Position numbers and translations under genes: made by a program. Shown here piece after piece: positions 50,401-64,000 of a stretch of DNA of 64,000 nucleotides. The DNA is taken from assembly GCA_964016885.1 (NCBI GenBank), contig OZ024745.1:2914001-2978000 (forward strand), written 5' to 3'. Within the stretch, counting starts at the first letter, position 1. Each line of letters starts with the position of its first letter. Source of the DNA: Eledone cirrhosa. Its lineage: Eukaryota. The notes under the pieces are model-generated. The model was not told the origin of the DNA, did not search any database, and worked only from the letters and a program-made list of their open reading frames with translations.

Positions 50401-53400
50401 CAGAGGTGATTCTGGTGAGACTGCAGACTGGTTATTGAACTGGTCAACAGAGGTGATTCTGGTGAGACTGCAGACTTGTTATTGAACTGGTCAACAGAGG
50501 TGATTCTTGTGAGACTGCAGACTTGTTATTGAACTGGTCAACAGAGGTGATTCTTGTGAGACTGCAGACTTGTTATTGAACTGGTCAACAGAGGTGATTC
50601 TTGTGAGACTGCAGACTTGTTATTGAACTGGTCAACAGATGTACTTCTGGTGAGGCTGCAGACTTGTTATTGAACTGGTCAACAGAGGTGATTCTGGTGA
50701 GACTGTAGACTTGTTATTGAACTGGTCAACAGAGGTGATTCTGGTGAGAGTGCAGACTTGTTATTGAACTGGTCAGTAGAGGTGATTCTGGTGAGACTGC
50801 AGACTTGTTATTAAACTGGTCAACAGAGGTGATTCTGGTGAGACTGTAGACTTGTTATGAACTGGTCAACAGAGGTGATTCTGGTGAGAATGTAGACATG
50901 TTATTGAACTGGTCAACAGAGGTGATTCTGGTGAGACTGAAGACTTGTTATTGAACTGGTCAACAGAGGTGATTCTGGTGAGACTGTAGACTTGTTATTG
51001 AACTGGTCAACACAGCTGATCCTGGTGAGACTGTAGACTGGTTATTGAACTGGTCAACAGAGGTGATTCTGGTGAGACTGCAGACTTGTTATTGAACTGG
51101 TCAACAGAGGTGATTCTGGTGAGACTGTAGACTTGTTATTTAACTGGTCAACAAAGGTGATTCTGGTGAGACTGTAGACTTGTTATTGAACTGGTCAGTA
51201 GAGGTGATTCTGGTGAGACTGAGGACTTGTTATTGAACTGGTCAACAGAGGTCATTCTGGTGAGACTGTAGACATGTTATTGAACTGGTCAACAGAGGTG
51301 ATTCTGGTCAGACAGCAGATTTGTTATTTAACTGGTCAACAGAGGTGATTCTGGTCAGACTGCAGACTTGTTATTGAACTGGTCAGTAGAGGTGATTCTG
51401 GTGAGAATGTAGACATGTTATTGAACTGGTCAACAGAGGTGATTCTGGTGAGACTGAAGACTTGTTATTGAACTGGTCAACAGAGGTGATTCTGGTGAGA
51501 CTGCAGACTTGTTATTGAACTGGTCAACAGAGGTGATTCTGGTGAGACTGTAGACTTGTTATTTAACTGGTCAACAAAGGTGATTCTGGTGAGACTGAGG
51601 ACTTGTTATTGAACTGGTCAACAGAGGTGATTCTGGTGAGACTGTAGACTTGTTATTGAACTGGTCAACAGAGGTGATTCTGGTGAGACTGCAGACTTGT
51701 TATTGAACTGGTCAACAGAGGTGATTCTGGTGAGATTGCAGACTTGTTATTGAACTGGTCAGTAGAGGTGATTCTAGTGAGACTGCAGACTTGTTATTGA
51801 ACAGGTCAACAGAGGTGATTCTGGTGAGACTGCAGACTTGTTATTGAACTGGTCAACACAGCTGATCCTGTAGAGACTGCAGACTTGTTATTGAACTGGT
51901 CAACAGAGGTGATTCTTGTGAGACTGCAGTCTTGTTATTGAACTGGTCAACAGAGGTTATTCGGGTGAGACTGCAGACATGTTATTGAACTGGTCAACAG
52001 ATGTACTTCTGGTGAGAGTGCAGACTTGTTATTGAACTGGTCAACAGAGGTGATTCTGGTGAGAGTGCAGACTTGTTATTGAACTTGTCAGTAGTGGTGA
52101 TTCTGGTGAGACTGCAGACTTGTTATAGAACTGGTCAACAGAGGTGATTCTGGTGAGACTGTAGACTTGTTATTGAACTGGTCAACAGAGGTGATTCTGG
52201 TGAGACTGTAGTCTTGTTATTGAACTGGTCAACAGAGGTGATTCTGGTGAGACTGTAGACTTGTTATTGAACTGGTCAACAGAGGTGATTCTGGTGAGAC
52301 TGAAGACTTGTTATTGAACTGGTCAACAGAGGTGATTCTGGTGAGACTGTAGACTTGTTATTGAACTGGTCAACACAGCTGATCCTGGTGAGACTGCAGA
52401 CTGGTTATTGAACTGGTCAACAGAGTTGATTCTGGTGAGACTGCAGACTTGTTATTGAACTGGTCAACAAAGGTGATTCTGGTGAGACTGTAGACTTGTT
52501 ATTTAACTGGTCAACAAAGGTGATTCTGGTGAGACTGCAGACTTGTTATTGAACTGGTCAGTAGAGGGGATTCTGGTGAGACTGAGGACTTGTTATTGAA
52601 CTGGTCAACAGAGGTGATTCTGGTGAGACTGTAGACATGTTATTGAACTGGTCAACAGAGGTGATTCTGGTCAGACTGCAGACTTGTTATTTAACTGGTC
52701 AACAGAGGTGATTCTGGTGAGTCTGCAGACTTGTTATTGAACTGGTCAGTAGAGGTGATTCTGGTGAGACTGAGGACTTGTTATTGAACTGGTCAACAGA
52801 GGTGATTCTGGTGAGACTGTAGACTTGTTATTGAACTGGTCAACAGAGGTGATTCTGGTGAGACTGCAGACTTGTTATTGAACTGGTCAACAGAGGTGAT
52901 TTTGGTGAGACTGCAGACTTGTTATTGAACTGGTCAACAGAGGTGATTCTGGTGAGACTGTAGACTTGTTATTGAACTGGTCAACAGAGGTGATTCTGGT
53001 GAGACTGCAGACTTGTTATTGAACTGGTCAACAGAGGTGATTCTGGTGAGACTGAAGACTTGTTATTGAACTGGTCAACAGAGGTGATTCTGGTGAGACT
53101 GTAGACTTGTTATTGGACTGGTCAACACAGCTGATCCTGGTGAGACTGCAGACTGGTTATTGAACTGGTCAACAGAGGTGCTTCTGGTAGGACTGCAGAC
53201 TTGTTATTGAACTGGTCAACAGAGGTGATTCTGGTGAGACTGTAGACTTGTTATTTAACTGGTCAACAGAGGTGATTCTGGTGAGACTGCAGACTTGTTA
53301 TTGAACTGGTTAACAGATGTACTTCTGGTGAGACTGCAGACTTGTTATTGAACTGGTCAACAGAGGTGATTCTGGTGAGACTGCAGACTGGTTATTGAAC

Positions 53401-56400
53401 TGGTCAACAGAGGTGATTCTGGTGAGACTGCAGACTTGTTATTGAACTGGTCAACAGAGGTGATTCTTGTGAGACTGCAGACTTGTTATTGAACTGGTCA
53501 ACAGAGGTGATTCTTGTTAGACTGCAGACTTGTTATTGAACTGGTCAACAGAGGTGATTCTTGTGAGACTGCAGACTTGTTATTGAACTGGTCAACAGAT
53601 GTACTTCTGGTGAGGCTGCAGACTTGTTATTGAACTGGTCAACAGAGGTGATTCTGGTGAGACTGTAGACTTGTTATTGAACTGGTCAATAGAGGTGATT
53701 CTGGTGAGAGTGCAGACTTGTTATTGAACTGGTCAGTAGAGGTGATTCTGGTGAGACTGCAGACTTGTTATTGAACTGGTCAACAGAGGTGATTCTGGTG
53801 AGACTGTAGACTTGTTATGAACTGGTCAACAGAGGTGATTCTGGTGAGAATGTAGACATGTTATTGAACTGGTCAACAGAGGTGATTCTGGTGAGACTGA
53901 AGACTTGTTATTGAACTGGTCAACAGAGGTGATTCTGGTGAGACTGTAGACTTGTTATTGAACTGGTCAACACAGCTGATCCTGGTGAGACTGTAGACTG
54001 GTTATTGAACTGGTCAACAGAGGTGATTCTGGTGAGACTGCAGACTTGTTATTGAACTGGTCAACAGAGGTGATTCTGGTGAGACTGTAGACTTGTTATT
54101 TAACTGGTCAACAAAGGTGATTCTGGTGAGACTGTAGACTTGTTATTGAACTGGTCAGTAGAGGTGATTCTGGTGAGACTGAGGACTTGTTATTGAACTG
54201 GTCAACAGAGGTCATTCTGGTGAGACTGTAGACATGTTATTGAACTGGTCAACAGAGGTGATTCTGGTCAGACAGCAGATTTGTTATTTAACTGGTCAAC
54301 AGAGGTGATTCTGGTCAGACTGCAGACTTGTTATTGAACTGGTCAGTAGAGGTGATTCTGGTGAGACTGAGGACTTGTTATTGAACTGGTCAACAGAGGT
54401 GATTCTGGTGAGACTGTAGACTTGTTATTGAACTGGTCAACAGAGGTGATTCTGGTGAGACTGCAGACTTGTTATTGAACTGGTCAACAGAGGTGATTCT
54501 GGTGAGATTGCAGACTTGTTATTGAACTGGTCAGTAGAGGTGATTCTAGTGAGACTGCAGACTTGTTATTGAACAGGTCAACAGAGGTGATTCTGGTGAG
54601 ACTGCAGACTTGTTATTGAACTGGTCAACACAGCTGATCCTGTAGAGACTGCAGACTTGTTATTGAACTGGTCAACAGAGGTGATTCTTGTGAGACTGCA
54701 GTCTTGTTATTGAACTGGTCAACAGAGGTTATTCGGGTGAGACTGCAGACATGTTATTGAACTGGTCAACAGATGTACTTCTGGTGAGAGTGCAGACTTG
54801 TTATTGAACTGGTCAACAGAGGTGATTCTGGTGAGAGTGCAGACTTGTTATTGAACTTGTCAGTAGTGGTGATTCTGGTGAGACTGCAGACTTGTTATAG
54901 AACTGGTCAACAGAGGTGATTCTGGTGAGACTGTAGACTTGTTATTGAACTGGTCAACAGAGGTGATTCTGGTGAGACTGTAGTCTTGTTATTGAACTGG
55001 TCAACAGAGGTGATTCTGGTGAGACTGTAGACTTGTTATTGAACTGGTCAACAGAGGTGATTCTGGTGAGACTGAAGACTTGTTATTGAACTGGTCAACA
55101 GAGGTGATTCTGGTGATACTGTAGACTTGTTATTGAACTGGTCAACACAGCTGATCCTGGTGAGACTGCAGACTGGTTATTGAACTGGTCAACAGAGTTG
55201 ATTCTGGTGAGACTGCAGACTTGTTATTGAACTGGTCAACAAAGGTGATTCTGGTGAGACTGTAGACTTGTTTTTTAACTGGTCAACAAAGGTGATTCTG
55301 GTGAGACTGCAGACTTGTTATTGAACTGGTCAGTAGAGGGGATTCTGGTGAGACTGAGGACTTGTTATTGAACTGGTCAACAGAGGTGATTCTGGTGAGA
55401 CTGTAGACATGTTATTGAACTGGTCAACAGAGGTGATTCTGGTCAGACTGCAGACTTGTTATTTAACTGGTCAACAGAGGTGATTCTGGTGAGTCTGCAG
55501 ACTTGTTATTGAACTGGTCAGTAGAGGTGATTCTGGTGAGACTGAGGACTTGTTATTGAACTGGTCAACAGAGGTGATTCTGGTGAGACTGTAGACTTGT
55601 TATTGAACTGGTCAACAGAGGTGATTCTGGTGAGACTGCAGACTTGTTATTGAACTGGTCAACAGAGGTGATTCTGGTGAGACTGCAGACTTGTTATTGA
55701 ACTGGTTAACAGATGTACTTCTGGTGAGACTGCAGACTTGTTATTGAACTGGTCAACAGAGGTGATTCTGGTGAGACTGCAGACTGGTTATTGAACTGGT
55801 CAACAGAGGTGATTCTGGTGAGACTGCAGACTTGTTATTGAACTGGTCAACAGAGGTGATTCTTGTGAGACTGCAGACTTGTTATTGAACTGGTCAACAG
55901 AGGTGATTCTTGTGAGACTGCAGACTTGTTATTGAACTGGTCAACAGAGGTGATTCTTGTGAGACTGCAGACTTGTTATTGAACTGGTCAACAGATGTAC
56001 TTCTGGTGAGGCTGCAGACTTGTTATTGAACTGGTCAACAGAGGTGATTCTGGTGAGACTGTAGACTTGTTATTGAACTGGTCAACAGAGGTGATTCTGG
56101 TGAGAGTGCAGACTTGTTATTGAACTGGTCAGTAGAGGTGATTCTGGTGAGACTGCAGACTTGTTATTAAACTGGTCAACAGAGGTGATTCTGGTGAGAC
56201 TGTAGACTTGTTATGAACTGGTCAACAGAGGTGATTCTGGTGAGAATGTAGACATGTTATTGAACTGGTCAACAGAGGTGATTCTGGTGAGACTGAAGAC
56301 TTGTTATTGAACTGGTCAACAGAGGTGATTCTGGTGAGACTGTAGACTTGTTATTGAACTGGTCAACAAAGGTGATTCTGGTGAGACTGTAGACTTGTTA

Positions 56401-59400
56401 TTGAACTGGTCAGTAGAGGTGATTCTGGTGAGACTGAGGACTTGTTATTGAACTGGTCAACAGAGGTCATTCTGGTGAGACTGTAGACATGTTATTGAAC
56501 TGGTCAACAGAGGTGATTCTGGTCAGACAGCAGATTTGTTATTTAACTGGTCAACAGAGGTGATTCTGGTCAGACTGCAGACTTGTTATTGAACTGGTCA
56601 GTAGAGGTGATTCTGGTGAGACTGAGGACTTGTTATTGAACTGGTCAACAGAGGTGATTCTGGTGAGACTGTAGACTTGTTATTGAACTGGTCAACAGAG
56701 GTGATTCTGGTGAGACTGCAGACTTGTTATTGAACTGGTCAACAGAGGTGATTCTGGTGAGATTGCAGACTTGTTATTGAACTGGTCAGTAGAGGTGATT
56801 CTAGTGAGACTGCAGACTTGTTATTGAACAGGTCAACAGAGGTGATTCTGGTGAGACTGCAGACTTGTTATTGAACTGGTCAACACAGCTGATCCTGTAG
56901 AGACTGCAGACTTGTTATTGAACTGGTCAACAGAGGTGATTCTTGTGAGACTGCAGTCTTGTTATTGAACTGGTCAACAGAGGTTATTCGGGTGAGACTG
57001 CAGACATGTTATTGAACTGGTCAACAGATGTACTTCTGGTGAGAGTGCAGACTTGTTATTGAACTGGTCAACAGAGGTGATTCTGGTGAGAGTGCAGACT
57101 TGTTATTGAACTTGTCAGTAGTGGTGATTCTGGTGAGACTGCAGACTTGTTATAGAACTGGTCAACAGAGGTGATTCTGGTGAGACTGTAGACTTGTTAT
57201 TGAACTGGTCAACAGAGGTGATTCTGGTGAGACTGTAGTCTTGTTATTGAACTGGTCAACAGAGGTGATTCTGGTGAGACTGTAGACTTGTTATTGAACT
57301 GGTCAACAGAGGTGATTCTGGTGAGACTGAAGACTTGTTATTGAACTGGTCAACAGAGGTGATTCTGGTGAGACTGTAGACTTGTTATTGAACTGGTCAA
57401 CACAGCTGATCCTGGTGAGACTGCAGACTGGTTATTGAACTGGTCAACAGAGTTGATTCTGGTGAGACTGCAGACTTGTTATTGAACTGGTCAACAAAGG
57501 TGATTCTGGTGAGACTGTAGACTTGTTATTTAACTCGTCAACAAAGGTGATTCTGGTGAGACTGCAGACTTGTTATTGAACTGGTCAGTAGAGGGGATTC
57601 TGGTGAGACTGAGGACTTGTTATTGAACTGGTCAACAGAGGTGATTCTGGTGAGACTGTAGACATGTTATTGAACTGGTCAACAGAGGTGATTCTGGTCA
57701 GACTGCAGACTTGTTATTTAACTGGTCAACAGAGGTGATTCTGGTGAGTCTGCAGACTTGTTATTGAACTGGTCAGTAGAGGTGATTCTGGTGAGACTGA
57801 GGACTTGTTATTGAACTGGTCAACAGAGGTGATTCTGGTGAGACTGTAGACTTGTTATTGAACTGGTCAACAGAGGTGATTCTGGTGAGACTGCAGACTT
57901 GTTATTGAACTGGTCAACAGAGGTGATTTTGGTGAGACTGCAGACTTGTTATTGAACTGGTCAACAGAGGTGATTCTGGTGAGACTGTAGACTTGTTATT
58001 GAACTGGTCAACAGAGGTGATTCTGGTGAGACTGCAGACTTGTTATTGAACAGGTCAACAGAGGTGATTCTGGTGAGATTGCAGACTGGTTATTGAACTG
58101 GTCAGTAGAGGTGATTCTAGTGAGACTGCAGACTTGTTATTGAACAGGTCAACAGAGGTGATTCTTGTGAGACTGTAGACTTGTTATTGAACTGGTCAAC
58201 AGAGGTGATTCTGGTGAGACTGCAGACTTGTTATTGAACTGGTCAACACAGCTTATCCTGGTGAGACTGCAGACTTGTTATTGAACTGGTCAACAGAGGT
58301 GATTCTTGTGAGACTGCAGACTTGTTATTGAACTGGTCAACAGAGGTGATTCTGGTGAGACTGCAGACTTGTTATTGAACTGGTCAACAGATGTACTTCT
58401 GGTGAGACTGCAGACTTGTTATTGAACTGGTCAACAGAGGTGATTCTGGTGAAAGTGCAGACTTGTTATTGAACTTGTCAGTAGAGGTGATTCTGGTGAG
58501 ACTGCAGACTTGTTATTGAACTGGTCAACAGAGGTGATTCATGTGAGACTGTAGACTTGTTATTGAACTGGTCAACAGAGGTGATTCTGGTGAGACTGCA
58601 GACTTGTTATTGAACTGGTCAAGAGAGGTGATTCTGGTGAGACTGTAGACTTGTTATTGAACTGGTCAACAGAGGTGATTCTGGTGAGACTGAAGACTTG
58701 TTATTGAACTGGTCAACAGAGGTGATTCTGGTGAGACTGTAGACATGTTATATAACTGGTCAACAAAGGTGATTCTGGTAAGACTGCAGACTTGTTATTG
58801 AACTGGTCAGTAGAGGTGATTCTGGTGAGACTGAGGACTTGTTATTGAACTGGTCAACAGAGGTGATTCTGGTGAGACTGTAGACTTGTTATTGAACTGG
58901 TCAACAGAGGTGATTCTGGTCAGACTGCAGACTTGTTATTTAACTGGTCAACAGAGGTGATTCTGGTGAGACTGCAGACTTGTTATTGAACTGGTCAGTA
59001 GAGGTGGTTCTGGTGAGACTGTAGACTTGCTATTGAACTGGTCAACAGAGGTGATTCTGGTGAGACTGCAGACTTGTTATTGAACTGGTCAACAGAGGTG
59101 ATTCTGGTGAGACTGTAGACTTGTTATTGAACTGGTCAACAGGGGTGATTCTGGTGAGACTGCAGACTTGTTATTGAACTGGTCAACAGAGGTGATTCTG
59201 GTGAGATTGCAGACTGGTTATTGAACAAGTCAGTAGAGGTGATTCTAGTGTGACTGCAGACTTGTTATTGAACTGGTCAACAGAGGTGATTCTGGTGAGA
59301 CTGTAGACTTGTTATTGAACTGGTCAACAGAGGTGATTCTGGTGAGACTGCAGACTTGTTATTGAACTGGTCAACACAGATGATCCTGGTGAGACTGCAG

Positions 59401-62400
59401 ACTTGTTATTAAACTGGTCAACAGAGGTGATTCTGGTGAGACTGCAGACTTGTTATTGAACTGGTCAACAGAGGTGATTCTGGTGAGACTGCAGACTTGT
59501 TATTGAACTGGTCAACAGAGGTGATTCTGGTGAGACTGTAGACTTGTTATTGAACTGGTCAACAGAGGTGATTCTGTTGAGACTGTAGACTTGTTATTGA
59601 ACTGGTCAACAGAGGTGATTCTGGTGAGACTGAAGACTTGTTATTGAACTGGTCAACAGAGGTGATTCTGGTGAGACTGAAGACTTGTTATTGAACTGGT
59701 CAACAGAGGTGATTCTGGTGAGACTGTAGACATGTTATTGAACTGGTCAACAGAGGTGATTCTGGTCAGACTGCAGACTTGTTATTTAACTGGTCAACAG
59801 AGGTGATTCTGGTGAGACTGCAGACTTGTTATTGAACTGGTCAGTAGAGGTGATTCTGGTGAGACTGAGGACTTGTTATTGAACTGGTCAACAGAGGTGA
59901 TTCTGGTGAGACTGTAGACTTGTTATTGAACTGGTCAACAGAGGTGATTCTGTTGAGACTGCAGACTTGTTATTGAACTGGTCAACAGAGGTGATTCTGG
60001 TGAGACTGCAGACTTGTTATTGAACTGGTCAACAGAGGTGATTCTGGTGAGACTGTAGACTTGTTATTGAACTGGTCAACAGAGGTGATTCTGGTGAGAC
60101 TGCAGACTTGTTATTGAACTGGTCAACAGAGGTGATTCTGGTGAGATTGCAGACTGGTTATTGAACTGGTCAGTAGAGGTGATTCTAGTGAGACTGCAGA
60201 CTTGTTATTGAACAGGTCAACAGAGGTGATTCTGGTGAGATTGTAGACTTGTTATTGAACTGGTCAACAGAGGTGATTCTGGTGAGACTGCAGACTTGTT
60301 ATTGAACTGGTCAACACAGCTGATCCTGGTGAGACTGCAGACTTGTTATTGAACTGGTCAACAGAGGTGATTCTTGTGAGACTGCAGACTTGTTATTGAA
60401 CTGGTCAACAGAGGTGATTCTGGTGAGAGTGCAGACTTGTTATTGAACTTGTCAGTAGAGGTGATTCTGGTGAGACTGCAGACTTGTTATTGAACTGGTC
60501 AACAGAGGTGATTCATGTGAGACTGTAGACTTGTTATTGAACTGGTCAACAGAGGTGATTCTGGTGAGACTGTAGACTTGTTATTGAACTGGTCAACAGA
60601 GGTGATTCTGGTGAGACTGTAGTCTTGTTATTGAACTGGTCAACAGAGGTGATTCTGGTGAGACTGTAGACTTGTTATTGAACTGGTCAACAGAGGTGAT
60701 TCTGGTGAGACTGAAGACTTGTTATTGAACTGGTCAACAGAGGTGATTCTGGTGAGACTGTAGACATGTTATTTAACTGGTCAACAAAGGTGATTCTGGT
60801 AAGACTGCAGACTTGTTATTGAACTGGTCAGTAGAGGTGATTCTGGTGAGACTGAGGACTTGTTATTGAACTGGTCAACAGAGGTGATTCTGGTGAGACT
60901 GTAGACTTGTTATTGAACTGGTCAACAGAGGTGATTCTGGTCAGACTGCAGACTTGTTATTTAACTGGTCAACAGAGGTGATTCTGGTGAGACTGCAGAC
61001 TTGTTATTGAACTGGTCAGTAGAGGTGATTCTGGTGAGACTGAGGACTTGTTATTGAACTGGTCAACAGAGGTCATTCTGGTGAGACTGCAGACGTGTTA
61101 TTGAACTGGTCAACAGAGGTGATTCTGGTGAGACTGCAGACTTGTTATTGAACTGTTCAACAGAGGTGATTCTGGTGAGACTGTAGACTTGTTATTGAAC
61201 TGGTCAACAGAGGTGATTCTGGTGAGACTGAAGACTTGTTATTGAACTGGTCAGTAGAGGTGGTTCTGGTGAGACTGTAGACTTGCTATTGAACTGGTCA
61301 ACAGAGGTGATTCTGGTGAGACTGCAGACTTGTTATTGAACTGGTCAACAGAGGTGATTCTGGTGAGACTGTAGACTTGTTATTGAACTGGTCAACAGAG
61401 GTGATTCTGGTGAGACTGCAGACTTGATATTGAACTGGTCAACAGAGGTGATTCTGGTGAGATTGCAGACTGGTTATTGAACTGGTCAGTAGAGGTGATT
61501 CTAGTGAGACTGCAGACTTGTTATTGAACAGGTCAACAGAGGTGATTCTGGTGAGATTGTAGACTTGTTATTGAACTGGTCAACAGAGGTGATTCTGGTG
61601 AGACTGCAGACTTGTTATTGAACTGGTCAACAGAGGTGATTCTGGTGAGACTGCAGACTTGTTATTGAACTGGTCAACAGATGTACTTCTGGTGAGACTG
61701 CAGACTTGTTATTGAACTGGTCAACAGAGGTGATTCTGGTGAAAGTGCAGACTTGTTATTGAACTTGTCAGTAGAGGTGATTCTGGTGAGACTGCAGACT
61801 TGTTATTGAACTGGTCAACAGAGGTGATTCATGTGAGACTGTAGACTTGTTATTGAACTGGTCAACAGAGGTGATTCTGGTGAGACTGAAGACTTGTTAT
61901 TGAACTGGTCAACAGAGGTGATTCTGGTGAGACTGTAGACTTGTTATTGAACTGGTCAACACAGCTGATCCTGGTGAGACTGCAGACTGGTTATTGAACT
62001 GGTCAACAGAGTTGATTCTGGTGAGACTGCAGACTTGTTATTGAACTGGTCAACAAAGGTGATTCTGGTGAGACTGTAGACTTGTTATTTAACTCGTCAA
62101 CAAAGGTGATTCTGGTGAGACTGCAGACTTGTTATTGAACTGGTCAGTAGAGGGGATTCTGGTGAGACTGAGGACTTGTTATTGAACTGGTCAACAGAGG
62201 TGATTCTGGTGAGATTGTAGACATGTTATTGAACTGGTCAACAGAGGTGATTCTGGTCAGACTGCAGACTTGTTATTTAACTGGTCAACAGAGGTGATTC
62301 TGGTGAGTCTGCAGACTTGTTATTGAACTGGTCAGTAGAGGTGATTCTGGTGAGACTGAGGACTTGTTATTGAACTGGTCAACAGAGGTGATTCTGGTGA

Positions 62401-64000
62401 GACTGTAGACTTGTTATTGAACTGGTCAACAGAGGTGATTCTGGTGAGACTGCAGACTTGTTATTGAACTGGTCAACAGAGGTGATTTTGGTGAGACTGC
62501 AGACTTGTTATTGAACTGGTCAACAGAGGTGATTCTGGTGAGACTGTAGACTTGTTATTGAACTGGTCAACAGAGGTGATTCTGGTGAGACTGCAGACTT
62601 GTTATTGAACAGGTCAACAGAGGTGATTCTGGTGAGATTGCAGACTGGTTATTGAACTGGTCAGTAGAGGTGATTCTAGTGAGACTGCAGACTTGTTATT
62701 GAACAGGTCAACAGAGGTGATTCTTGTGAGACTGTAGACTTGTTATTGAACTGGTCAACAGAGGTGATTCTGGTGAGACTGCAGACTTGTTATTGAACTG
62801 GTCAACACAGCTTATCCTGGTGAGACTGCAGACTTGTTATTGAACTGGTCAACAGAGGTGATTCTTGTGAGACTGCAGACTTGTTATTGAACTGGTCAAC
62901 AGAGGTGATTCTGGTGAGACTGCAGACTTGTTATTGAACTGGTCAACAGATGTACTTCTGGTGAGACTGCAGACTTGTTATTGAACTGGTCAACAGAGGT
63001 GATTCTGGTGAAAGTGCAGACTTGTTATTGAACTTGTCAGTAGAGGTGATTCTGGTGAGACTGCAGACTTGTTATTGAACTGGTCAACAGAGGTGATTCA
63101 TGTGAGACTGTAGACTTGTTATTGAACTGGTCAACAGAGGTGATTCTGGTGAGACTGCAGACTTGTTATTGAACTGGTCAAGAGAGGTGATTCTGGTGAG
63201 ACTGTAGACTTGTTATTGAACTGGTCAACAGAGGTGATTCTGGTGAGACTGAAGACTTGTTATTGAACTGGTCAACAGAGGTGATTCTGGTGAGACTGTA
63301 GACATGTTATATAACTGGTCAACAAAGGTGATTCTGGTAAGACTGCAGACTTGTTATTGAACTGGTCAGTAGAGGTGATTCTGGTGAGACTGAGGACTTG
63401 TTATTGAACTGGTCAACAGAGGTGATTCTGGTGAGACTGTAGACTTGTTATTGAACTGGTCAACAGAGGTGATTCTGGTCAGACTGCAGACTTGTTATTT
63501 AACTGGTCAACAGAGGTGATTCTGGTGAGACTGCAGACTTGTTATTGAACTGGTCAGTAGAGGTGGTTCTGGTGAGACTGTAGACTTGCTATTGAACTGG
63601 TCAACAGAGGTGATTCTGGTGAGACTGCAGACTTGTTATTGAACTGGTCAACAGAGGTGATTCTGGTGAGACTGTAGACTTGTTATTGAACTGGTCAACA
63701 GGGGTGATTCTGGTGAGACTGCAGACTTGTTATTGAACTGGTCAACAGAGGTGATTCTGGTGAGATTGCAGACTGGTTATTGAACAAGTCAGTAGAGGTG
63801 ATTCTAGTGTGACTGCAGACTTGTTATTGAACTGGTCAACAGAGGTGATTCTGGTGAGACTGTAGACTTGTTATTGAACTGGTCAACAGAGGTGATTCTG
63901 GTGAGACTGCAGACTTGTTATTGAACTGGTCAACACAGATGATCCTGGTGAGACTGCAGACTTGTTATTAAACTGGTCAACAGAGGTGATTCTGGTGAGA
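26424..64000. repeat. 47-bp satellite, about 800 monomers, consensus ACTG(C/T)AGACTTGTTATTGAACTGGTCAACAGAGGTGATTCTGGTGAG, running off the right edge
   Basis: Directly visible, head to tail, single orientation, no inserted elements seen, with recurrent diagnostic variants. Confidence 0.99.

Noticed and set aside
26424-64000. 47-bp monomer as a hammerhead satellite (CTGGTGAG...GAAC-TG-GTC)
   Set aside because: The core lacks A6 and one A of GAAA, and stems I and II do not pair. Only one monomer near 47500 was seen with CTGATGAG.

Overview
Eukaryotic DNA made almost entirely of repeats, with no intact host gene; the SINE families suggest an octopod cephalopod (inference). About 80% is three tandem arrays: an ACC-based 12-bp array (1-3940), a 33-bp array (6783-16737) and a 47-bp satellite with multi-kb internal duplications (26424 to the window end). 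Between them lie decayed mobile elements: a Chapaev3-type DDE transposon, a CRE-like and an R4/Dong-like non-LTR retroelement, two inverted Helitron-like copies, about a dozen tRNA-derived SINEs and a Penelope-like (GIY-YIG) element. The most notable signal is at 23.1-26.4 kb: four hammerhead-ribozyme motifs, two of them at the outer ends of a 617-bp-arm palindrome and one in the inverted copy beside the Penelope-like endonuclease. Several arrays appear to have grown from or next to transposon sequence. The giant ORFs in the track are repeat artefacts. Family assignments come from remembered motifs, not database searches.
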